Positions 12,701 to 23,900 of a stretch of 64,000 nucleotides of DNA are shown here, in pieces. The DNA comes from Antedon mediterranea (taxonomy: Eukaryota; Animalia; Echinodermata). The notes under the pieces were generated by a model that did not search any database, had not been told where the DNA came from, and saw only the letters and a list, made by a program, of their open reading frames with translations. The first letter of the stretch is position 1. Each line of letters starts with the position of its first letter. The stretch is from NCBI RefSeq assembly GCF_964355755.1, contig NC_092678.1:9980352-10044351 (forward strand). The letters run 5' to 3'. The position numbers and the translations under genes were made by a program.

Positions 12701-14697
12701 TGTGAAAAGTTTTAACGAAATGCTCAAAATGGTCTAAAACGGTTTCTAATGTGATTTTAACCACTTTGATGTTTTTGTGTAACCAAGTTTTTTCGAAAAT
12801 CACAAAATGGTCTAAAACGTCTCCAAATGCGATTTGAAGCTTTTCCAAGCACTTTGCTGTTTTTATGTTAACAAGTTTTTTCGAAAATCACAAAATGGTC
12901 TAAAACGTCTCCAAATGCGATTTCAAGGTATTCTGAGCACTTTGGTGTTTTTGTGTGAAAGGTTTTAACGAAATGCTCAAAATGGTCTAAAACGGTTTCT
13001 AATGTGATTTTAAGCACTTTGATGTTTTTGTATAACCAAGTTTCATCGAAATGCTCAAAATGGTCTAAAACGTCTCCAAATGCGATTTGAAGCTTTTCTA
13101 AGCACTTTGCTGTTTTTATGTTAAAAAGTTTTTTCGAAAATCACAAAATGGTCTAAAACGTCTCCAAATGCGATTTGAAGATATTCTGAGCACTTTGGTG
13201 TTTTTATGTTAAAAAGTTTTTTCGAAAATCACAAAATGGTCTAAAACGTCTCCAAATGCGATTTGAAGATATTCTGAGCACTTTGGTGTTTTTATGTTAA
13301 AAAGTTTTTTCGAAAATCACAAAATGGTCTAAAACGTCTCCAAATGCGATTTGAAGCTATTCTGTACACTTTGATGTTTTGTGTGAAAAAGTTTTGTCGA
13401 AATGCTCAAAATGGTCTAAAACGTTTTTAAAACGATATTAAGCTATTTTGTGCTCTTTGATGTTTTTGTGTAACCAAGTTTTATCGAAATGAACAAAATG
13501 GTCTAAAACGTCTCCAAATGCGATTTGAAGCTTTTCTAAGCACTTTGCTGTTTTTATGTTAACAAGTTTTTTCGAAAATCACAAAATGGTCTAAAACGTC
13601 TCCAAATGCGATTTGAAGATATTCTGAGCACTTTGGTGTTTTTATGTTAAAAAGTTTTTTCGAAAATCACAAAATGGTCTAAAACGTCTCCAAATGCGAT
13701 TTGAAGCTATTCTATACACTTTGATGTTTTGTGTTAAAAAGTTTTCTCGAAATGCTCAAAATGGTCTAAAACGTTTTCCAATTCCATATTAAGCTATTTT
13801 GTGCAATTTGATGTTTTTGTGTATCCAAGTTTCATCGAAATGAACAAAATGGTCTAAAACGTTTTTAAATACGATATTAAGCTGTTTTGTGCACTTTGAT
13901 GATTTGTGTGAAAAGTTTTAACGAAATGCTCAAAATAGTCTAAAACGGTTTCTAATGTGATTTTAAGCACTTTGATGTTTTTGTGTAACCAAGTTTTTTC
14001 GGAAATCACAAAATGGTCTAAAACGTCTCCAAATGCGATTTGAAGCTTTTCTAAGCACTTTGGTGTTTTTATGTTAACAAGTTTTTTCGAAAATCACAAA
14101 ATGGTCTAAAACGTCTCAAAATGCGATTTGAAGGTAATCTGAGCACTTTGGTGTTTTTGTGTGAAAAGTTTTAACGAAATGCTCAAAATGGTCTAAAACG
14201 GTTTCTAATGTGATTTTAACCACTTTGATGTTTTTGTGTAACCAAGTTCTTTTCGAAAATCACAAAATGGTCTAAAACGTCTCCAAATGCGATTTGAAGC
14301 TCTTCTGTACACTTTGATGTTTTGTGTGAAAAAGTTTTGTCGAAATGCTCAAAATGGTCTAAAACGTTTTTAAATACGAAATTAAGCTGTTTTGTGCACT
14401 TTGATGATTTGTGTGAAAAGTTTTAACGAAATGCTCAAAATAGTCTATAACGGTTTCTAATGTGATTTTAAGCACTTTGATGTTTTTGTGTAACCAATTT
14501 TTTTCGGAAATCACAAAATGGTCTAAAACGTCTCCAAATGCGATTTGAAGCTTTTCTAAGCACTTTGGTGTTTTTATGTTAACAAGTTTTTTCGAAAATC
14601 ACAAAATTGTCTAAAACGTCTCAAAATGCGATTTGAAGGTATTCTGAGCACTTTGGTGTTTTTGTGTGAAAAAAGTTTTGTCGAAATGCTCAAAATG

Positions 14698-15547
14698 GTC
14701 TAAAACGTTTTTAAAACGATATTAAGCTATTTTGTGCTCTTTGATGTTTTTGTGTAACCAAGTTTTATCGAAATGAACAAAATGGTCTAAAACGTCTCCA
14801 AATGCGATTTGAAGCTTTTCCAAGCACTTTGCTGTTTTTATATTAAGTTTTTTCGAAAATCACAAAATGGTCTAAAACGTCTCTAAATGCGATTTGAAGG
14901 TATTCTGAGCAATTTGGTGTTTTTGTGTGAAAAGTTTTAACGAAATGCTCAAAATTGTCTAAAACGGTTTCTAATGTGATTTTAAGCACTTTGATGTTTT
15001 TGTAAAACCAAGTTTCATCGAAATGCACAAAATGGTCTAAAACGTCTCCAAATGCGATTTGAAGCTATTCTGTACACTTTGATGTTTTGTGTGAAAAAAG
15101 TTTTGTCGAAATGCTCAAAATGGTCTAAAACGTTTTTAAAACGATATTAAGCTATTTTGTGCTCTTTGATGTTTTTGTGTAACCAAGTTTTATCGAAATG
15201 AACAAAATGGTCTAAAACGTCTCCAAATGCGATTTGAAGCTTTTCCAAGCACTTTGCTGTTTTTATATTAAGTTTTTTCGAAAATCACAAAATGGTCTAA
15301 AACGTCTCTAAATGCGATTTGAAGGTATTCTGAGCAATTTGGTGTTTTTGTGTGAAAAGTTTTAACGAAATGCTCAAAATTGTCTAAAACGGTTTCTAAT
15401 GTGATTTTAAGCACTTTGATGTTTTTGTAAAACCAAGTTTCATCGAAATGCACAAAATGGTCTAAAACGTCTCCAAATGCGATTTGAAGCTATTCTGTAC
15501 ACTTTGATGTTTTGTGTGAAAAAAGTTTTGTCGAAATGCTCAAAATG
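14698..15547. repeat. 425-bp 5-mer tandem duplication (F, short A, B, C, E)
   Basis: Identical ORFs at 14843 and 15268 (offset 425); shared rare variants TATATTAAG, TCTCTAAA, GAGCAATTT; F boxes at 14698, 15123, 15548. Confidence 0.9.
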
Positions 15548-17822
15548 GTCTAAAACGTTTTTAAAACGATATTAAGCTATTTTGTGCTCTTTGATGTTTT
15601 TGTGTAACCAAGTTTTATCGAAATGAACAAAATGGTCTAAAACGTCTCCAAATGCGATTTGAAGCTTTTCCAAGCACTTTGCTGTTTTTATGTTAACAGG
15701 TTTTTTCGAAAATCACAAAATGGTCTAAAACGTCTCAAAATGCGATTTGAAGGTATTCTGAGCACTTTGGTGTTTTTGTGTGAAAAGTTTTAACGAAATG
15801 CTCAAAATTGTCTAAAACGGTTTCTAATGTGATTTTAAGCACTTTGATGTTTTTGTAAAACCAAGTTTCATCGAAATGCACAAAATGGTCTAAAATGTCT
15901 CCAAATGCGATTTGAAGCTTTTCCAAGCACTTTGCTGTTTTTATGTTAACAAGCTTTTTCGAAAATCACAAAATGGTCTAAAACGTCTCCAAATGTGATT
16001 TGAAGATATTCTGAGCACTTTGGTGTTTTTATGTTAAAAAGTTTTTTCGAAAATCACAAAATGGTCTAAAACGTCTCCAAATGCGATTTGAAGATATTCT
16101 GAGCACTTTGGTGTTTTTATGTTAAAAAGTTTTTTCGAAAATCACAAAATGGTCTAAAACGTCTCCAAATGCGATTTGAAGCTTTTCTGTACACTTTGAT
16201 GTTTTGTGTGAAAAAGTTTTGTCGAAATGCTCAAAATGGTTTAAAACGTTTTTAAAACGATATTAAGCTATTTTGTGCTCTTTGATGTTTTTGTATAACC
16301 AAGTTTCATCGAAATGCACAAAATGGTCTAAAACGTCTCCAAATACGATTTGAAGCTTTTCTAAGCACTTTATGCGATTTGAAGATATTCTGAGCACTTT
16401 GGTGTTTTTATGTTAAAAAGTTTTTTCGAAAATCACAAAATGGTCTAAAACGTCTCCAAATGCGATTTGAAGATATTCTGAGCACTTTGGTGTTTTTATG
16501 TTAAAAAGTTTTTTCGAAAATCACAAAATGGTCTAAAACGTCTCCAAATGCGATTTGAAGCTATTCTGTACACTTTGATGTTTTGTGTGAAAAAGTTTTG
16601 TCGAAATGCTCAAAATGGTCTAAAACGTTTTTAAAACGATATAAAGCTATTTTGTGCTCTTTGAGGTTTTTGTGTAACCAAGTTTTTTCGAAAATCACAA
16701 AATGGTCTAAAACGTCTCCAAATGCGATTTGAAGCTTTTCTAAGCACTTTGGTGTTTTTATGTTAACAAGTTTTTTCGAAAATCACAAAATGGTCTAAAA
16801 CATCTCCAAATGCGATTTGAAGATATTCTGAGCACTTTGGTGTTTTTGTGTGAAAAGTTTTAACGAAATGCTCAAAATGGTCTAAAACGGTTCTAATGTG
16901 ATTTTAAGCACTTTGATGTTTTTGTATAACCAAGTTTCATCGAAATGCTCAAAATGATGTAAAACGTTTTTAAAACGATATTAAGCTATTTTGTGCTCTT
17001 TGATGTTTTTGTGTAACCAAGTTTTTTCGAAAATCACAAAATGGTCTAAAACGTCTCCAAATGCGATTTGAAGCTTTTCTAAGCACTTTGGTGTTTTTAT
17101 GTTAACAAGTTTTTTCGAAAATCACAAAATGGTCTAAAACGTCTCAAAATGCGATTTGAAGGTATTCTGAGCACTTTGGTGTTTTTGTGTGAAAAGTTTT
17201 AACGAAATGCTCAAAATGGTCTGAAACGGTTTCTAATGTGATTTTAACCACTTTGATGTTTTTGTGTAACCAAGTTTTTTCGAAACTCACAAAATGGTCT
17301 AAAACGTCTCCAAATGCGATTTGAAGCTTTTCTAAGCACTTTGGTGTTTTTATGTTAACAAGTTTTTTCGAAAATCACAAAATGGTCTAAAACGTCTCAA
17401 ATAGCGATTTGAAGCTATTCTGTACACTTTGATGTTTTGTGTGAAAAAAGTTTTGTCGAAATGCTCAAAATGGTCTAAAACGTTTTTAAAACGATATTAA
17501 GCTATTTTATGCTCTTTGATGTTTTTGTGTAACCAAGTTTTTTCGAAAATCACAAAATTGTCTAAAACGTCTCCGAATGCGATTTGAAGCTCTTCTGTAC
17601 ACTTTGATGTTTTGTGTGAAAAAGTTTTCTCGAAATGCTAAAAATGGTATAAAAACGTTTTCCAATACCATATTAAGCTATTTTGTGCAATTTGATGTTT
17701 TTGTGTAACCAAGTTTTTTCGAAAATCACAAAATTGTCTAAAACGTCTCCGAATGCGATTTGAAGCTCTTCTGTACACTTTGATGTTTTGTGTGAAAAAG
17801 TTTTTTCGAAATGCTAAAAATG

Positions 17823-17910
17823 GTCTAAAACGTTTTCCAATACCATATTAAGCTATTTTGTGCAATTTGATGTTTTTGTGTAACAAAGTTTTTTCGAAAA
17901 TCACAAAATG
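17823..17910 (+). repeat. Example rare class H monomer (88 bp): CGTTTTCCAATACCATATTAAGCTATTTTGTGCAATTTG
   Basis: Distinct variant set; eight copies seen (near 10280, 13770, 17655, 17830, 28750, 29940, 52540, 53715). Confidence 0.85.
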
Positions 17911-20900
17911 GTCTAAAACGTCTCCAAATGCGATTTGAAGATATTCTGAGCACTTTGGTGTTTTTATGTTAAAAAGTTTTTTGGAAAATCACAAAATGGT
18001 CTAAAACGACTCCAAATGCGATTTGAAGCTATCCTGTACACTTTGATGTTTTGTGTGAAAAAGTTTTGTCGAAATGCTCAAAATGGTCTAAAACGTTTTT
18101 AAATACGATATTAAGCTGTTTTGTGCACTTTGATGATTTGTGTGAAAAGTTTTAACGAAATGTTCAAAATAGTCTAAAACGGTTTCTAATGTGATTTTAA
18201 GCACTTTGATGTTTTTGTGTAACCAAGTTTTTTCGGAAATCACAAAATGGTCTAAAACGTCTCAAAATGCGATTTGAAGCTTTTCTAAGCACTTTGGTGT
18301 TTTTATGTTAACAAGTTTTTTCGAAAATCACAAAATGGTCTAAAACGTCTCAAAATGCGATTGAAGGTATTCTGAGCACTTTGGTGTTTTTGTGTGAAAA
18401 GTTTTAACGAAATGCTCAAAATGGTCTAAAACGGTTCTAATGTGATTTTAAGCACTTTGATGTTTTTGTATAACCAAGTTTCATCGAAATGCTCAAAATG
18501 ATGTAAAACGTTTTTAAAACGATATTAAGCTATTTTGTGCTCTTTGATGTTTTTGTGTAACCAAGTTTTTTCGAAAATCACAAAATGGTCTAAAACGTCT
18601 CCAAATGCGATTTGAAGCTTTTCTAAGCACTTTGGTGTTTTTATGTTAACAAGTTTTTTCGAAAATCACAAAATGGTCTAAAACGTCTCAAAATGCGATT
18701 TGAAGGTATTCTGAGCACTTTGGTGTTTTTGTGTGAAAAGTTTTAACGAAATGCTCAAAATGGTCTAAAACGGTTTCTAATGTGATTTTAACCACTTTGA
18801 TGTTTTTGTGTAACCAAGTTTTTTCGAAAATCACAAAATGGTCTAAAACGTCTCCAAATGCGATTTGAAGCTTTTCTAAGCACTTTGGTGTTTTTATGTT
18901 AACAAGTTTTTTCGAAAATCACAAAATGGTCTAAAACGTCTCAAATAGCGATTTGAAGCTATTCTGTACACTTTGATGTTTTGTGTGAAAAAAGTTTTGT
19001 CGAAATGCTCAAAATGGTCTAAAACGTTTTTAAAACGATATTAAGCTATTTTGTGCTCTTTGATGTTTTTGTGTAACCAAGTTTTATCGAAATGAACAAA
19101 ATGGTCTAAAACGTCTCCAAATGCGATTTGAAGCTTTTCCAAGCACTTTGCTGTTTTTATGTTAACAAGTTTTTTCGAAAATCACAAAATGGTCTAAAAC
19201 ATCTCCAAATGCGATTTGAAGATATTCTGAGCACTTTGGTGTTTTTATGTTAAAAAGTTTTTTCGAAAATCACAAAATGGTCTAGAACGTCTCCAAATGC
19301 GATTTGAAGCTCTTCTGTACACTTTGATGTTTTGTGTGAAAAAGTTTTGTCAAATTGCTCAAAATGGTCTAAAACGTTTTTAAAACGATATTAAGCTATT
19401 TTGTGCTCTTTGATGTTTTTGTATAACCAAGTTTTTTCGAAAATCACAAAATGGTCTAAAACGTCTCCAAATGCGATTTGAAAATATTCTGAGCACTTTG
19501 GTGTTTTTATGTTAAAAAGTTTTTTCGAAAATCACAAAATGGTCTAAAACGTCTCCAAATGCGATTTGAAGATATTCTGAGCACTTTGGTGTTTTTATGT
19601 TAAAAAGTTTTTTCGAAAATCACAAAATGGTCTAAAACGTCTCCAAATGCGATTTGAAGCTATTCTATACACTTTGATGTTTTGTGTTAAAAAGTTTTGT
19701 CGAAATGCTCAAAATGGTTTAAAACGTTTTTAAAACGATATTAAGCTATTTTGTGCTCTTTGATGTTTTTGTGTAACCAAGTTTCATCGAAATGAACAAA
19801 ATGGTCTAAAACGTCTCCAAATGCGATTTGAAGCTTTTCCAAGCACTTTGCTGTTTTTATGTTAACAAGTTTTTTCGAAAATCACAAAATTGTCTAAAAC
19901 GTCTCAAAATGCGATTTGAAGGTATTCTGAGCACTTTGGTGTTTTTGTGTGAAAAGTTTTAACGAAAAGCTCAAAATGGTCTAAAACGGTTCTAATGTGA
20001 TTTTAAGCACTTTGATGTTTTTGTACAACCAAGTTTCATCGAAATGCTCAAAATGGTCTAAAACGTTTTTAAAACGATATTAAGCTATTTTGTGCTCTTT
20101 GATGTTTTTGTGTAACCAAGTTTTTTCGAAAATCACAAAATGGTCTAAAACGTCTCCAAATGCGATTTGAAGCTTTTCTAAGCACTTTGGTGTTTTTATG
20201 TTAACAAGTTTTTTCGAAAATCACAAAATGGTCTAAAACGTCTCAAAATGCGATTTGAAGGTATTCTGAGCACTTTGGTGTTTTTGTGTGAAAAGTTTTA
20301 ACGAAATGCTCAAAATGGTCTAAAACGGTTTCTAATGTGATTTTAACCACTTTGATGTTTTTGTGTAACCAAGTTTTTTCGAAAATCACAAAATGGTCTA
20401 AAACGTCTCCAAATGCGATTTGAAGCTTTTCTAAGCACTTTGGTGTTTTTATGTTAACAAGTTTTTTCGAAAATCACAAAATGGTCTAAAACGTCTCCAA
20501 ATGCGATTTGAAGATATTCTGAGCACTTTGGTGTTTTTCTGTTAAAAAGTAATTTCGAAAATCACAAAATGGTCTAAAACGTCTCCAAATGCAATTTGAA
20601 GCTATTCTGTACACTTTGATGTTTTGTGTGAAAAAGTTTTGTCAAAATGCTCAAAATGGTCTAAAACGTTTTTAAAACGATATTAAGCTATTTTGTGCTC
20701 TTTGATGTTTTTGTATAACCAAGTTTTTTCGAAAATCACAAAATGGTCTAAAACGTCTCCAAATGCGATTTGAAGCTTTTCTAAACACTTTGGTGTTTTT
20801 ATGTTAACAAGTTTTTTCGAAAATCACAAAAAGGTCTAAAACGTCTCCAAATCCGATTTGAAGCTATTCTGTACACTTTGATGTTTTGTGTGAAAAAGTT

Positions 20901-23900
20901 TTGTCGAAATGCTCAAAATGGTCCAAAACGTTTTTAAAACGATATTAAGCTATTTTGTGCTCTTTGATGTTTTTGTGTAACCAAGTTTCATCGATATGAA
21001 CAAAATGGTCTAAAACGTCTCAAAATGCGATTTGAAGGTATTCTGAGCACTTTGGTGTTTTTGGGTGAAAAGTTTTAACGAAATGCTCAAAATGGTCTAA
21101 AACGGTTTCTAATGTGATTTTAAGCACTTTGAAGTATTTGTAAAAACAAGTTTCATCGAAATGCACAAAATAGTCTAAAACGTCTCCAAATGCGATTTGA
21201 AGCTTTTCTAAGCACTTTGGTGTTTTTATGTTAACAAGTTTTTTCGAAAATCACAAAATGGTCTAAAACGTCTCCAAATGCGATTTGAAGATATTCTGAG
21301 CACTTTGGTGTTTTTATGTTAAAAAGTATTTTCGAAAATCACAAAATGGTCTAAAACGTCTCCAAATGCGATTTGAAACTCTTCTGTACACTTTGATGTT
21401 TTGTGTGAAAAAGTTAAGTCGAAATGCTCAAAATGGTCTAAAACGTTTTTAAAACGATATTAAGCTATTTTGTGCTCTTTGATGTTTTTGTGTAACCAAG
21501 TTTCATCGAAAATCACAAAATGGTCTAAAACGTCTCCAAATGCGATTTGAAGCTTTTCCAAGCACTTTGCTGTTTTTATGTTAACAAGTTTTTTCGAAAA
21601 TCACAAAATGGTCTAAAACGTCTCAAAATACGATATTAAGCTGTTTTGTGCACTTTGATGATTTGTGTGAAAAGTTTTAACGAAATGCTCAAAATGGTCT
21701 AAAACGGTTTCTAATGTGATTTTAAGCACTTTGATGTTTTTATGTAGCCAAGTTTTTTCGAAAATCACAAAATGGTCAAAAACGTCTCCAAATGCGATTT
21801 GAAGCTTTTCTAAGCACTTTGGTGTTTTTATGTTAACAAGTTTTTTCGAAAATCACAAAATGGTCTAAAACGTCTCCAAATGCAATTTGAAGCTATTCTG
21901 TACACTTTGATGTTTTGTGTGAAAAAGTTTTGTCAAAATGCTCAAAATGGTCTAAAACGTTTTTAAAACGATATTAAGCTATTTTGTGCTCTTTGATGTT
22001 TTTGTATAACCAAGTTTTTTCGAAAATCACAAAATGGTCTAAAACGTCTCCAAATGCGATTTGAAGCTTTTCTAAACACTTTGGTGTTTTTATGTTAACA
22101 AGTTTTTTCGAAAATCACAAAATGGTCTAAAACGTCTCCAAATCCGATTTGAAGCTATTCTGTACACTTTGATGTTTTGTGTGAAAAAGTTTTGTCGAAA
22201 TGCTCAAAATGGTCTAAAACGTTTTTAAAACGATATTAAGCTATTTTGTGCTCTTTGATGTTTTTGTGTAACCAAGTTTCATCGATATGAACAAAATGGT
22301 CTAAAACGTCTCAAAATGCGATTTGAAGGTATTCTGAGCACTTTGGTGTTTTTGGGTGAAAAGTTTTAACGAAATGCTCAAAATGGTCTAAAACGGTTTC
22401 TAATGTGATTTTAAGCACTTTGAAGTATTTGTAAAAACAAGTTTCATCGAAATGCACAAAATAGTCTAAAACGTCTTCAAATGCGATTTGAAGCTTTTCT
22501 AAGCACTTTGGTGTTTTTATGTTAACAAGTTTTTTCGAAAATCACAAAATGGTCTAAAACGTCTCCAAATGCGATTTGAAGATATTCTGAGCACTTTGGT
22601 GTTTTTATGTTAAAAAGTATTTTCGAAAATCACAAAATGGTCTAAAACGTCTCCAAATGCGATTTGAAGCTCTTCTGTACACTTTGATGTTTTGTGTGAA
22701 AAAGTTTAGTAGAAATGCTCAAAATGGTCTATAACGTTTTTAAAACGATATTAAGCTATTTTGTGCTCTTTGATGTTTTTGTGTAACCAAGTTTCATCGA
22801 AAATCACAAAATGGTCTAAAACGTCTCCAAATGCGATTTGAAGATATTCTGAGCACTTTGGTGTTTTTATGTTAACAAGTTTTTTCGAAAATCACAAAAT
22901 GGTCTAAAACGTCTCCAAATGCGATTTGAAGATATTCTGAGCACTTTGGTGTTTTTATGTTAAAAAGTTTTTTCGAAAATCACAAAATGGTCTAAAACGT
23001 CTCCAAATGCGATTTGAAGCTATTCTATACACTTTGATGTTTTGTGTTAAAAAGTTTTGTCGAAATGCTCAAAATGGTTTAAAACGTTTTTAAAACGATA
23101 TTAAGCTATTTTGTGCTCTTTGATGTTTTTGTGTAACCAAGTTTCATCGAAATGAACAAAATGGTCTAAAACGTCTCCAAATGCGATTTGAAGCTTTTCC
23201 AAGCACTTTGCTGTTTTTATGTTAACAAGTTTTTTCGAAAATCACAAAATTGTCTAAAACGTCTCAAAATGCGATTTGAAGGTATTCTGAGCACTTTGGT
23301 GTTTTTGTGTGAAAAGTTTTAACGAAAAGCTCAAAATGGTCTAAAACGGTTCTAATGTGATTTTAAGCACTTTGATGTTTTTGTACAACCAAGTTTCATC
23401 GAAATGCTCAAAATGGTCTAAAACGTTTTTAAAACGATATTAAGCTATTTTGTGCTCTTTGATGTTTTTGTGTAACCAAGTTTTTTTCGAAAATCACAAA
23501 ATGGTCTAAAACGTCTCCAAATGCGATTTGAAGCTTTTCTAAGCACTTTGGTGTTTTTATGTTAACAAGTTTTTTCGAAAATCGCAAAATGGTCTAAAAC
23601 GTCTCAAAATGCGATTTGAATGTATTCTGAGCACTTTGGTGTTTTTGTGTGAAAAGTTTTAACGAAATGCTCAAAATGGTCTAAAACGGTTTCTAATGTG
23701 ATTTTAACCACTTTGATGTTTTTGTGTAACCAAGTTCTTTTCGAAAATCACAAAATGGTCTAAAACGTCTCCAAATGCGATTTGAAGCTTTTCTAAGCAC
23801 TTTGGTGTTTTTATGTTAACAAGTTTTTTCGAAAATCACAAAATGGTCTAAAACGTCTCAAAATGCGATTTGAAGGTATTCTGAGCACTTTGGTGTTTTT

